Source: a virus
Reading direction: 5' to 3' (one strand)
Length of the DNA stretch: 64,000 nt
IMG/VR virus record: IMGVR_UViG_3300036770_007999
Coordinates: 14,137 to 78,136 of that record
This document shows, in pieces, positions 9,931 through 19,956 of this stretch; positions within the stretch are counted from its first letter, which is position 1; every line of letters starts with the position of its first letter. The position numbers were made by a program, and so were the translations under genes. The notes under the pieces were generated by a model, which did no database searches, was not told the origin of the DNA, and saw only the letters and a program-made list of their open reading frames with translations.

Positions 9931-11186
9931 AACAGCGCTTCAAGTTCTGGAAGATGATCTAGCCATCGTTCGCGGCGTATGTCATCCAGTTGGTGAGTCT
10001 TCCTCCAGAAATTGTCTAAGAGATGGGTATTATTTGTTGCCATCATGAACTTGATCGCCGATTCAAATCCCACTGTGGCACGATTAAGTTGGTCGTATGG
10101 ACGCAACCATTCTAGATGCTCCTCGAATTTGATTCTCAGCCTCTGTTTGTATTTGATAGGAGCGATATCTATGCGATAGTGAGCAGGATCTTGAAGGATA
10201 TTGACATTGAGATCTTGAGGCGCGATAAGCCCTTGTTCGACCCATGATCGATGGAAATCTGGCAGATGCCATGCATTCATGATTGACAGCGTAGGCGAGA
10301 TGTAAAAATCCACGTCAGGGCAGACCTCTAGCATCCTACGGCGATTTTCCTCCACCACTGCCCAGTCCGTACCTTTGCGGATGTATTCAGCTCTCGATCC
10401 CATGGCGTCAAGGCTGGCACCCACTGCCACGGAATCAAATTGGCGCCAATAATCGAATACCGAACGATCTTTGAGTTTGGTGTGTGTGAAGTTTGTGTTG
10501 TATATCAAACGTACATCAAATCTTTGGCGACGTTCCAGTTCCTCAAGGATGCGATAGTGCTCATGCATCATGAGTGGCTCGCCACCGGCGAAGTAGATCT
10601 GTTCTACATAGTCGATGTGTGGCAACAACTGTTCCCACATGTCTGTTTCAGTCTGACCAGCATAGTTCAAGGGAACGTTGTTGCCACGCCATTCAGGACC
10701 AGCCAGTCGGGCCTGGTCTTGATACCAAGAGCTGGAAAATATGTGACCGCAACTGCGGCAACGTAGATTGCAAAGATTACTGAATCGGATATCCCAATAG
10801 GTCATCTCAAATGGTGTGGTAGCCAATTTCTTGATGTGATGGCCATGATGCTTGTTTGCGCTGCGCCGCCCACTGAAAAATCCCGACTGTTCTTGTTCAT
10901 AACAGCGTGTGCAGGCCGGGTTGGCAGTTTCGCTCAACATATCAGCACGCAGTTTGGTCATGGCAGCACCGTGCCAGATCTCTGCCAGGGTATTTTCCTT
11001 GCAGTGTCCCACTGGATGTGCCATCTCTGCATGGCAGCAAGGATATGCTTCACCGGTAGGGTAAGCATGCAGATGTATCCAGGGATAGATGCAGAAGGTT
11101 CGTGATTGTTTGAGCAGGAATTCTTCACGTTCCGTGAGTTTTGTAGGACGAACCAGATCGGCACTGTTGTAATTATAAACTGTCAT
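9927..11186 (-). CDS. Radical SAM protein with N-terminal twitch-type Cys domain
   Basis: CIYPW..YPCC..CTRC; CNLRCRSC; AGGEP. Confidence 0.92.
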   Translation of the reverse strand: MTVYNYNSADLVRPTKLTEREEFLLKQSRTFCIYPWIHLHAYPTGEAYPCCHAEMAHPVGHCKENTLAEIWHGAAMTKLRADMLSETANPACTRCYEQEQSGFFSGRRSANKHHGHHIKKLATTPFEMTYWDIRFSNLCNLRCRSCGHIFSSSWYQDQARLAGPEWRGNNVPLNYAGQTETDMWEQLLPHIDYVEQIYFAGGEPLMMHEHYRILEELERRQRFDVRLIYNTNFTHTKLKDRSVFDYWRQFDSVAVGASLDAMGSRAEYIRKGTDWAVVEENRRRMLEVCPDVDFYISPTLSIMNAWHLPDFHRSWVEQGLIAPQDLNVNILQDPAHYRIDIAPIKYKQRLRIKFEEHLEWLRPYDQLNRATVGFESAIKFMMATNNTHLLDNFWRKTHQLDDIRRERWLDHLPELEALL

Positions 11187-12507
11187 ACCACTCCTTCAAC
11201 CCTGGAAAGGTTGCACCAAAATTCTTGTTACGTCGTTGGTCGTACTGCTGATAAAACTGTCGGAAATCATTCAGGAGTTTGGTGCTGTCAAATGCTTCAC
11301 TGTGTGGAGTTTCCACTACATCTAAGTAATCGATCAGCCGTTGTACATGATTGCGTTCGTGTGGTTGCAGGTAGATATTGCTCTCCCACTGATCCAACCA
11401 GTAGCGCAGCCGATTTCGATGCCGCATACGGATGTGTTCGGGCAATACCAAGGGACTTTGGAAGCTAGGGAACCGCAGTATGTTCAAGGTGAAGTTGGGG
11501 AAGTCGGCACCGTATTGTTGTTTCCAGATCATGACATAGGTCAAGAATTCCGGCAGGCTCTCCAGGCACAAGGCATTCACAGTACACATCACATGCAGCC
11601 CCCGAAGCCTACGGATTTCCATGATCTGGTTCATGTTGTACACCCATTGGGTATAGTCTAGACCATCACGGATGTATTCCGCATGTGGCCCTATACTTTC
11701 CATGCTGGTGTACAGATCCAGTTCGATGTCTGCACAGGCATCCAGCAGTCGTCGCACCGTGTCAAACTCCATGCCGAGATTTGAGTTGATGGCTAGTCGG
11801 GTTTGAGATCGCCCGGGGTTGTCCCGGAACCAGTCAATGAGCTGCCAGGTGTAGCCGGACATGAGCGGCTCGCCGCCTGTAACACGGAGTTCGTCCAGTG
11901 TGCGGTGAAGATCGGTTTCCCACCATGAGAAAAAAGCGTCCACGTACGGATTAGGTTCTCCAAAGCGAAAAAGTTGAGCAGCAGCATGATCGTGGGTAAA
12001 ATGATTTCTGCCATCTGAAATGAGACCTTGGTAGGGTCCATTGTTCCGGATGTCTTTAACCCATGTACTACTGAAAGCAGGATTACAGTAAGAGCAAGCA
12101 AACTGGCAAGTACGATCAAACGATATCTCAAGGGTTCGCAGATTGATATCCTGATCTGGCGGCGTGCCAGCAGCCTCATGTAGGTGATGTATTTCATAGA
12201 TCTTGCTTTTATATATGCGATCGCTCACAGCATCTCGCCCCATGTCCTCGATCTTCCAGCAGTATTCGCAGCCGGCGGGCCTCCGGCCCGCCTGCATGTC
12301 CGCACGATCCTGTTTTTTCAGATCAGTATTGTGCAGCAGTCTGGGATTGGTTTTCACTGCTTCACGGTCGACCTGGTGTGCTGGCGGGTGGTGGCAACTG
12401 GTAGTCATACCGGATCCTAGCCATATGGTGGCGTTGTACCATTTGGCGCCGCAAAAACTGGCGGATATTGGATCCAGCACCTGCTGGCGATATTCTAGGT
12501 CATCCAT
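11173..12507 (-). CDS. Radical SAM protein, twitch-type domain (CxAKW subtype)
   Basis: CGAKW..SCHHP..CEYCW; CQFACSYC; TGGEP. Confidence 0.9.
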   Translation of the reverse strand: MDDLEYRQQVLDPISASFCGAKWYNATIWLGSGMTTSCHHPPAHQVDREAVKTNPRLLHNTDLKKQDRADMQAGRRPAGCEYCWKIEDMGRDAVSDRIYKSKIYEIHHLHEAAGTPPDQDINLRTLEISFDRTCQFACSYCNPAFSSTWVKDIRNNGPYQGLISDGRNHFTHDHAAAQLFRFGEPNPYVDAFFSWWETDLHRTLDELRVTGGEPLMSGYTWQLIDWFRDNPGRSQTRLAINSNLGMEFDTVRRLLDACADIELDLYTSMESIGPHAEYIRDGLDYTQWVYNMNQIMEIRRLRGLHVMCTVNALCLESLPEFLTYVMIWKQQYGADFPNFTLNILRFPSFQSPLVLPEHIRMRHRNRLRYWLDQWESNIYLQPHERNHVQRLIDYLDVVETPHSEAFDSTKLLNDFRQFYQQYDQRRNKNFGATFPGLKEWYDSL

Positions 12508-13636
12508 GTTGTTTTATGAAATGGAAAAATCTTTCAGGGAAAGACCTACGGGTCTCTGCAGTGAACACATCTAGATGTTGTTGATTGTATTTACAGACAT
12601 CCTCACAGGCCGCAAGAAAACTAGCAAGATCCTGATCACAGAGATCTGCTACCGTGTCGATGATCCGATCCATTCGATCCTGTGAATTCTCTATCGTGTC
12701 AAAACTTTCGTCGATCACATGATTGAATGTGCGGAATCCTAAACATCGCAAATCACGATAGAAGCCCGGCGTGGAGGCCACTATGAAAGGATGACCCATG
12801 GCCAAGGGTTTGGCTATCTTCTCTGTGCGGAAACTGATGTCACTCTCGGCGCAAACAGTTTCGGTTATCACACTGAAATAGGTATCAAGATAGGCAGCAG
12901 GCTCTAGATATATTTCTCCCCATTCTCGACGGAACAGTTCTTGTTTGAGATAGGTCCGATCAGTGATGGGACCGAACACCGGTTGTCTATATCTCGCTAC
13001 CTCATAGTGATCAGGTAGACGACGCAGTTCGGACGTGGTGGCCATGACATTGATGTCGCCCTCTACAAAATCAAAATAACGCACCACAGTAGGTTTGGCA
13101 TCCAGCATGGTGTAAAGGCTGTGATCCAGCAGGCCACGGCGCCGCATGCGTTCATAGAGATATTTCCTGTGTGGCCGCGCACGCCCGTTGAGGAAAAGAA
13201 AAGTGTATGGCTTGTTTTTTTGATCAAAGATGTCCTGTGTGCGCGACTGCGCTGTGCGATTTTCAGGATAGTCCATGATCCTGATCAAAAAATGATCCAG
13301 CGTGAGGCAAGCATATTGGGGCGCAATATCAGCACCCCCTATCAGCAATATCTTGCCTTGGATCACACGTTCAGCAATCTTGATCTGCAGGATTTGCGAT
13401 TCTAGCGTCCAAGATCCTTCACAGGCATTGCAAAAAATCATGCGGTATAGACCACTATCGGCCATGTCACAGAAACGTTGCATGTTATCCAACAAATTTT
13501 GCCGCCCTACCACGTACACTGCCCCTGCTTGATTGGGCACCTCGGCAAAGTCATAGAAACAATTAGTGGCATAGGATTCTAACATGTCAAACACTTCGCT
13601 GAATCGGTCAACAAACAGTTTAGGCACGTTTTGCAT
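12500..13636 (-). CDS. Putative glycosyltransferase (TET-TEK family paralog)
   Basis: LNGRARPHR..VITET..RTEKIAKPLAMGHPF..GFRTF..IDESFD. Start refined to MQNVPKL to minimise overlap. Confidence 0.6.
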   Translation of the reverse strand: MQNVPKLFVDRFSEVFDMLESYATNCFYDFAEVPNQAGAVYVVGRQNLLDNMQRFCDMADSGLYRMIFCNACEGSWTLESQILQIKIAERVIQGKILLIGGADIAPQYACLTLDHFLIRIMDYPENRTAQSRTQDIFDQKNKPYTFLFLNGRARPHRKYLYERMRRRGLLDHSLYTMLDAKPTVVRYFDFVEGDINVMATTSELRRLPDHYEVARYRQPVFGPITDRTYLKQELFRREWGEIYLEPAAYLDTYFSVITETVCAESDISFRTEKIAKPLAMGHPFIVASTPGFYRDLRCLGFRTFNHVIDESFDTIENSQDRMDRIIDTVADLCDQDLASFLAACEDVCKYNQQHLDVFTAETRRSFPERFFHFIKQHG

Positions 13637-15008
13637 GCTGCTCACATTCTGTCCACCACTGTCGCATCTGTGGAAACACACCAAGGAAGTTGGTACCGCG
13701 ACGCCGATCGTGTTCTGAGAAAAATCTCCAAAAGTCCGCGCGCTCCTGCGTGCAATCACGCTTTTGTCCATCTCTCATCCAGGCGATGTCTCGGCGCAGG
13801 CGTTGTACTTCAAAATCTCGGAATCCATTCAATGGATCGCGATCGGTTGCCAGGTTCAGTTCCATCCAGTCAGCGGTGCGTTCCAGGATGGCAGCATAGC
13901 TTTCAGGCAGGATCTGCAGGCTCTGCCAAGCGGGCTGTCGCAGCACCGGTGTGTCAAACCAGATGCGTTGATATCCAGCCGTGTTTTCTTTGCGTAGTTC
14001 TAAGATGACCTCTAACAGTTTCTGCAGACCCAACACAGATAGATTGTTCATGGTGATGATAAACGTTAGACTGTTGCGCCCCGGTATCTCATCAAGCCAT
14101 TGGGCACAACGACTTAGGCATAGATGGGCATCAAGACCGTGTCGGATGTATTCAGCATGTGCCAGGAACCCTGAATCTATCGACACAAACTGCATGAAAT
14201 GTTCTATGTTTGTGGCACACAGTCTTTTGGTATAGTTTAGATACTTCTGCCACAGTTTTTCTTCCACTGAGAAATTGCTGGTTACATTTAGATGTAGGTC
14301 GGGCTTGGGCATGGCCAGCACATAGTCAAACACTCGATAGGTATTGCGATCCATCAAGGGTTCACCGCCGGTCATACGGAAATGGCGCAGTCGAGGATAC
14401 AGAGTGGGCCACCAGGCCCAGAAAGCATCTACCCAAGGATTATGCTCCCTAGCAGGAATAGGGCGACGCTCACCGCGAAAATGATCGGGATCATTGTGAG
14501 GCGTGGCAGTAGGATAGGCGCCATGCCTTTCTACTTCGGCCTGCCAGGTGCTAGAAAACTGAGGACTGCAATAACTACAGGCCAGATTACAAGCATGATT
14601 AAAATTGACTTCCACATAACTGGGTATAACATCATCCTCATCTCCTGTGCTTGCAGCAATACGATCAAAATCAATGGCTGCCCAGGGTTCGCCGGATCTG
14701 TAGTGTCTGTCAGACATCTCACCTAGATCTTCCATGTTCCAACAGTACTGGCATTCTGCCGGCCGTTCGCCGCGCAGCATCATCTGGCGTTGAACCTTTT
14801 TGTGAGCAGTGTTGTGCAGGGCGCCAGGTGTGCGTCCTATCTCTTCGATGGGTATCCTGTGTAAGGGCGGGTGATAGCAGGAATTGTTCATGCCAGTGGC
14901 GAGATGCAGGCTTACCTGCTTCCACTTGGCGAGGCATAGGCTGGGACTGACGCTGTCTAAACGCTGTTTCATTGCCTCGGCATCATTGAGGAATCGTGAC
15001 TTTGTCAT
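13620..15008 (-). CDS. Radical SAM protein, twitch-type domain (CxAKW subtype)
   Basis: CLAKW..SCYHP..CQYCW; CNLACSYC; TGGEP. Start refined to MTKSRFL, just after the upstream stop. Confidence 0.9.
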   Translation of the reverse strand: MTKSRFLNDAEAMKQRLDSVSPSLCLAKWKQVSLHLATGMNNSCYHPPLHRIPIEEIGRTPGALHNTAHKKVQRQMMLRGERPAECQYCWNMEDLGEMSDRHYRSGEPWAAIDFDRIAASTGDEDDVIPSYVEVNFNHACNLACSYCSPQFSSTWQAEVERHGAYPTATPHNDPDHFRGERRPIPAREHNPWVDAFWAWWPTLYPRLRHFRMTGGEPLMDRNTYRVFDYVLAMPKPDLHLNVTSNFSVEEKLWQKYLNYTKRLCATNIEHFMQFVSIDSGFLAHAEYIRHGLDAHLCLSRCAQWLDEIPGRNSLTFIITMNNLSVLGLQKLLEVILELRKENTAGYQRIWFDTPVLRQPAWQSLQILPESYAAILERTADWMELNLATDRDPLNGFRDFEVQRLRRDIAWMRDGQKRDCTQERADFWRFFSEHDRRRGTNFLGVFPQMRQWWTECEQHAKRA

Positions 15009-15013
15009 TTTTG

Positions 15014-15712
15014 TCACGAGTGCAAGGCCAGCCAGGCCAGCACCGTTGGTTTGAGATACTCTGCAAAGTCTCGATGAGCCTCTGGAGTTGGGTGTTCGTG
15101 GCAAAAATATCCGTGCTCTTCCCACCAGCACCACTCTTTTATCTGCTGGTCCCAGGCAAATACCATTTCGCGAGAGGGAACTATGGCATCTGCGTGCATG
15201 CGCCAACCCACATCGCTGGCTCCCCATCCTTGAATAAACCACTGACTGTTCAATCGATCAGCGATCCATCTTTGCCAACTATGGTGCAGCACTGTCCATC
15301 TTGATGGCATTTCCACATGCTTTGGTATGTCACTCAACCCTCCTATCCAGGCTATGGGATTGGGTAAGGCATGTTGTATGTCAAGGAACAACTGTGTTTC
15401 AACACTGCGTCTCCGGGCGCCAAAAAAAGGCTCATTGATTATCCAATCGTGCGCCGATGTGCCATTGATCTTGGCGCTGTCTCTGCCCGGTTCGGTGTAA
15501 ATCCACACTATGGGACATTGCGGTGACAGGCGTTGAGCTCGCAATTGTTCTAAAATGTCCAAGTTACCTTGTCCAGGTCTAGCACAATGCTGATATTCTT
15601 TGCCCCAGAAATCTGCCAAGCATACATCTTGCGGTTGATCCTGGTTAGAATCATAGTTGTCTTTGGTGTAGCCTTTCCAGGCCCAACTGTCTCCGGCAAA
15701 TATGTAGGTCAT
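15014..15712 (-). CDS. SGNH/GDSL-like hydrolase or acyltransferase
   Basis: N-terminal FAGDSW, G-x-GN block, C-terminal EHPT..AH. Confidence 0.5.
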   Translation of the reverse strand: MTYIFAGDSWAWKGYTKDNYDSNQDQPQDVCLADFWGKEYQHCARPGQGNLDILEQLRAQRLSPQCPIVWIYTEPGRDSAKINGTSAHDWIINEPFFGARRRSVETQLFLDIQHALPNPIAWIGGLSDIPKHVEMPSRWTVLHHSWQRWIADRLNSQWFIQGWGASDVGWRMHADAIVPSREMVFAWDQQIKEWCWWEEHGYFCHEHPTPEAHRDFAEYLKPTVLAWLALHS

Positions 15713-16572
15713 TTTAGATCTCGCTTGAGCTGCGCATAGATCTGATCACCAATGTATTGTTCAGGGCAGAAACGACACTGGTCTATGGGCTTGTCTAGAT
15801 TGTTGATAAAATGCTGTTTTTGTTCCCTGGTATGATCGATTCTCAGTGGACGGTAATCCAGCATCAGCACCCGGTCCTCGGCACTGAGAGTCAGTTGATG
15901 TTGTCGATCAAATTCCGGCAATACAGCCACTACCCCACATTTATACAGTTCACCACGGATAAAATGATGGCAGGTTTTCATGTGACAGGTATCATGTGCT
16001 TTTTTTGGATCACTCTGGTGCAACGACAGTGCTCCTGTCTGCTTGACGATGGCACCTTGATGGAACCACCAATTGTACTCAATCTTAACTGGCACCTTGG
16101 CCGAGTCGGTTATTATCATGTATTGCTGATAAAGATTGTCGCTATTGAATGTCACTGTACATGGTAATTGCAAAAAGTCATGTACTTTGGCAACGATTTC
16201 TTTTTTGTGTTGCTTGTTGTGGATTCCGATCCATAACTCGATATTGCGATGTTTTTGCAATAATGGATATAAATCAGCCCTGCGGTCCAACCTAAAACCA
16301 TTGGAAATGATGCGTATGGTTCGACCTGGCCATAGTTGATTGACGCCTTGCACCCAATCAAGAAACGTGGGATTCATCAAGGGCTCTCCACCCAAGATCG
16401 AGATGCTGCCAATGTTGATTTCTTGTGCCCACTGCTGATATGTATCAGCATAGTCTGACCAGCGTTGATATCCGGTAAAGACATAATTATTAAAACGATT
16501 GCAACCTGGGCACGCAAGATTGCACATGTTAGTGATGTAAAATTCAACATAGGGTATGTGCAGTTTGGTCAT
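15709..16572 (-). CDS. Radical SAM protein
   Basis: CNLACPGC; LGGEP; SNG; C-terminal C..C..LYKC..CRFCP auxiliary cluster motif. Confidence 0.9.
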   Translation of the reverse strand: MTKLHIPYVEFYITNMCNLACPGCNRFNNYVFTGYQRWSDYADTYQQWAQEINIGSISILGGEPLMNPTFLDWVQGVNQLWPGRTIRIISNGFRLDRRADLYPLLQKHRNIELWIGIHNKQHKKEIVAKVHDFLQLPCTVTFNSDNLYQQYMIITDSAKVPVKIEYNWWFHQGAIVKQTGALSLHQSDPKKAHDTCHMKTCHHFIRGELYKCGVVAVLPEFDRQHQLTLSAEDRVLMLDYRPLRIDHTREQKQHFINNLDKPIDQCRFCPEQYIGDQIYAQLKRDLK

Positions 16573-16608
16573 GTCGATCTTGGTCGCTGCTTAATTTGTT
16601 GTCATTGC

Positions 16609-17604
16609 TCATCTGGTTTCAGATTGTATCAAGGCTATCACCTCTTGATGATCTAGATTCAGCAATCTATCACGGTTGTGTTTTAATATAGGCAGCATTT
16701 CGGTATAGGTCTGTTGTATTTCGTTCAAAGACCAGGTAGCCAACCGGTCTAAATTCTTTTCAATGTCAGTACACTGCCCCGAGTAATGATCCTCATTATA
16801 GCCTTCATCCCACCACTGATCGAACGTCTTGAATCCCAATCTGCGGAGGCGTGATATGTACCATTGAGGTCCTTGCACCATAAAGGGTGTCATCATGACC
16901 ATTGGACGCCATGTTTTTTCTGTGGGGAAAAAAGTATTGCCCATTGAATAAGTCTCAGTCACAATCTCAACAAAAAAATGTTGATAGTGATTGATCAATC
17001 CATACCCGGCAGGATTGGTTATAGGGTAGATATAAACATCATCCAGCGTGATAGGACTATTTTTCCAAAGATGTACGATGTCATCTAGCCGGTCTATGTG
17101 GTTGAAGTTGATGAGATCTTCAATCCCGATATTCTGATTATGGTAGTCATTGCCAGGATCATAGTGAAAACTTTGCAAAGTGCGCGAGGCATGACGACTG
17201 TGCAGATAGCTGGCCAATTTTAATCTATGCCAATTGGATCTTGCCACAAAGGATCCAAAGGTTCTAAAATTGTGATCGAACTGTTTGATCATGGGAGCTC
17301 GTACACTGGCCTGCTCTTTGGCCCAATTTAAATACATCCAAGGAAAATTGCGTCGGAGACGTATTTCCGGATGGGCTTCAAAAATATTACCGGTCCTGAT
17401 CTCTATTCGAGATTTGTCATAATCAGTTTTGTCAGCAATATCGTTGATATACTGATACACGTCCAATGTGTCAAGATCAGGTCCTTCGGTATTGAGATCG
17501 ATGGTGATATCTTGAGATTGGCACATAGCGATCGATAACTCAATCAAAAATTTTTCTTTATGCCATATACGACCATCGGTTGTGATCAAGTCAATTTTGG
17601 TCAC
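16609..17604 (-). CDS. Putative glycosyltransferase (TET-TEK family paralog)
   Basis: EIVTET..FPTEKTWRPMVMMTPF..GFKTFDQWWDEGY. Confidence 0.6.
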   Translation of the reverse strand: MTKIDLITTDGRIWHKEKFLIELSIAMCQSQDITIDLNTEGPDLDTLDVYQYINDIADKTDYDKSRIEIRTGNIFEAHPEIRLRRNFPWMYLNWAKEQASVRAPMIKQFDHNFRTFGSFVARSNWHRLKLASYLHSRHASRTLQSFHYDPGNDYHNQNIGIEDLINFNHIDRLDDIVHLWKNSPITLDDVYIYPITNPAGYGLINHYQHFFVEIVTETYSMGNTFFPTEKTWRPMVMMTPFMVQGPQWYISRLRRLGFKTFDQWWDEGYNEDHYSGQCTDIEKNLDRLATWSLNEIQQTYTEMLPILKHNRDRLLNLDHQEVIALIQSETR

Positions 17605-18647
17605 TGATTGATACCCCGCATGTAAGTGTAAATATCGGTTACCAGGTGATTGCCCTTACCACATTGGTGTGCGCATCTTTCTAACCTGCTATCATCATTC
17701 CAACTCGATTCTATGACGTTGAACCACGGGCCATGGATGATATCATAAAGTTTGGTAAAATTAAGATTGGCCATGTGTGCACCGCCTGCACGCTCAAAAA
17801 GATCCGCCATACGTGCATGATCTGGATGATTTTCCGCCTCAAACCCATACAATCTGTCCGCTAAAAATCCACAAGGAAATACATAGCCATCTGCACCGAT
17901 ATAGATAATACTGAGTTTTTTGGAGATACAGTTTATATCAACGGTTTTGTAATCAGATTGTTGTTGCAATTGCTGATATCCTGGATTGACCAATGCAGGA
18001 TCCGTGGGCAATTTAAGGAAAAAAATCTTTTTGCCATCCAGCACCGGAACACTGTGTACTAGCTCGTGTTGTTTATTGACGAATCGTGTTGTATACTTGG
18101 CCATAAAATTCTTAAATCCAAGATCCTTGCTCATTTGTCTGGCTTTTTCGATCTGATGTTGGTTATGTTCAAAAACCAGGAATTGCCATGTGGCCTGGCC
18201 GCCTTGCTCAATGAAAGCCTTGGCATGGGTTATCACTTTGTCAAAAGCCACACCTTTACGGTACAAGTGATTGGTAGATCGCAACCCGTCAATACCAAAA
18301 ATTACTTCATCACTGCTGCCAAGCGCATTCGCCAGATCCCGCCACCAATGTGTGGATCTGATCCCACCATTGGTGCTGACAAAAATCTTTGCCGGTGACA
18401 CCGATCTCAACCAAAAAATGATTTCGATCAAATCTGGGTGAGTACAAGGGTCACCGTAGGTTCCACAAAATCTAATGACCTCAAGTGAAGACAACAGATC
18501 CTGGGGTAATTTTTCTTTTAACCAAGTCAGTCTCAAAGACACATCGGGTACAGTAGGCCATTTGGGTCCACCATAAAGGTTTCTGCTACACTGCGGACAG
18601 GCAGCATTGCATGCTGTGGTAATCTCAAGTTCAAGTTGTTTGATCAA
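17601..18647 (-). CDS. Radical SAM protein with C-terminal SPASM/twitch domain
   Basis: CNAACPQC; CGTYGDP; STNGG; C..IGADGYVFPC..CAHQC. TTG start. Confidence 0.9.
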   Translation of the reverse strand: MIKQLELEITTACNAACPQCSRNLYGGPKWPTVPDVSLRLTWLKEKLPQDLLSSLEVIRFCGTYGDPCTHPDLIEIIFWLRSVSPAKIFVSTNGGIRSTHWWRDLANALGSSDEVIFGIDGLRSTNHLYRKGVAFDKVITHAKAFIEQGGQATWQFLVFEHNQHQIEKARQMSKDLGFKNFMAKYTTRFVNKQHELVHSVPVLDGKKIFFLKLPTDPALVNPGYQQLQQQSDYKTVDINCISKKLSIIYIGADGYVFPCGFLADRLYGFEAENHPDHARMADLFERAGGAHMANLNFTKLYDIIHGPWFNVIESSWNDDSRLERCAHQCGKGNHLVTDIYTYMRGINQ

Positions 18648-18686
18648 TTTATCTCAAGCTCTTCAGAATCGCTGTAAGTTTTGCAT

Positions 18687-19613
18687 CTACCAACCTTCTT
18701 GTCTCCGTATCACATCTATCTCGCGGACCATGATACCTTGGTTCGACCAATTGCTGCGGTAATGATGTTTGAAGAATCTGCTGTGAGAGGCATCCATGCT
18801 GATCACAGGAAGATCAAGTCGTGTTTTTAACGCATCTTCATGATCTCGGACAACAGAATCTGGATCTAAGAACTGGGTTTCTTGCCATATCTGTTCTAGC
18901 GCATCAAACCATTGTACTTCTCTGTGATCCCAATCTGTAAGCATGGTTTTATAGGTACCTTGACGTGCACCGACCATGGCCCAGACACCATGCTCCACAT
19001 CGCGTCCTACGTTGTGCCATATAGTGAGATGGTCAAAATTTCTTCGGTGTACTCGATCTCGGAATTCGGTCACAGAGGGTCGACGACCTTTGTCTAGGCA
19101 CATCTTTACACCTTCTCGAAATCCTGCACGCCAGGCATGCTTGGCGGATCCGTTGGGATATGTAGTGGAATAACAGTCATGCATGGCCCAGTACAAGGGA
19201 TCAAAACAGAATTCAACCTGGGTTTCATCACGTCCGTCAGTATTTTCATGTGTTTTCATGTTCAGCACAAAATCTCTGGTCCATGAACTAATACCACCGT
19301 TGCCATACATTAAGCCGTTGACGTGATTGCGGGCACGCCAACGGAACACGGCTTGTTCCCATTGTTCGTCTGGCAGTTTCAATGTTAGATTGAAAAAACG
19401 CTCATCTGGCACATTGTCACCATCAATGAGAATGAAACGTTTGGTATCAGATGCTTCCGCTGCTGCTTTGTGGGCAGCATCAGATCCTTTGATGCCATCC
19501 ACTCTCTTGGCCCAAGGGATCATGTTGCGAATGCGCACCCAGAATTCTTCCTTCTGTGGTTCATCGTAACTGAGATAAATGCAGTCCAGATCTGCTACGT
19601 CAATTGATGTCAT
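18687..19613 (-). CDS. GT-A-fold glycosyltransferase-like protein
   Basis: IYLSYDEP..RVDGIKGSDAAHKAAA..LIDGDN (DxD-like)..NGLMYGNGG..AWRAGFREGVKM. Start refined to MTSIDV. Confidence 0.65.
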   Translation of the reverse strand: MTSIDVADLDCIYLSYDEPQKEEFWVRIRNMIPWAKRVDGIKGSDAAHKAAAEASDTKRFILIDGDNVPDERFFNLTLKLPDEQWEQAVFRWRARNHVNGLMYGNGGISSWTRDFVLNMKTHENTDGRDETQVEFCFDPLYWAMHDCYSTTYPNGSAKHAWRAGFREGVKMCLDKGRRPSVTEFRDRVHRRNFDHLTIWHNVGRDVEHGVWAMVGARQGTYKTMLTDWDHREVQWFDALEQIWQETQFLDPDSVVRDHEDALKTRLDLPVISMDASHSRFFKHHYRSNWSNQGIMVREIDVIRRQEGW

Positions 19614-19956
19614 TAGTGATTTTTTTCCATTTTTGGTGTGGACGATCCGGCGCAACTACCACACACACGTCTCGATGATCGCAGGGCACTCCATGTTCGC
19701 TGTGCCTAGCCAGTTTTGAAACCTGGATCCGGGGTTCCAACACCATCATCCGGCCATCTTGTATACGGACCTGATAAGACGCACGCACATAAGTGGCCTG
19801 ATCCACTTCTATGTACGTACCTGGCAATTGTTCCATAGAATAAAACAAAGGATGCCCCCGATCATCATGATAGAGTCGATAGGTCACCGGCGCCGGCTCC
19901 GGCCATTGGAATTCGCTCAGCGCCGTCCAGAAATTTTGGGTGGTAGAATCACTCAT
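19600..19956 (-). CDS. Hypothetical protein
   Basis: Coupled ORF (YRLYHDDRG..YSME..GTYI). Start refined to the ATGA overlap at 19956. Confidence 0.65.
   Translation of the reverse strand: MSDSTTQNFWTALSEFQWPEPAPVTYRLYHDDRGHPLFYSMEQLPGTYIEVDQATYVRASYQVRIQDGRMMVLEPRIQVSKLARHSEHGVPCDHRDVCVVVAPDRPHQKWKKITNDIN

Noticed and set aside
13637-15242. Long N-terminal extensions in the ORF track (12500-13771, 13620-15242; likewise 19953-20753 and 24844-25152)
   Set aside because: They overlap upstream genes extensively; downstream starts with coupling, SD or promoter support were preferred.
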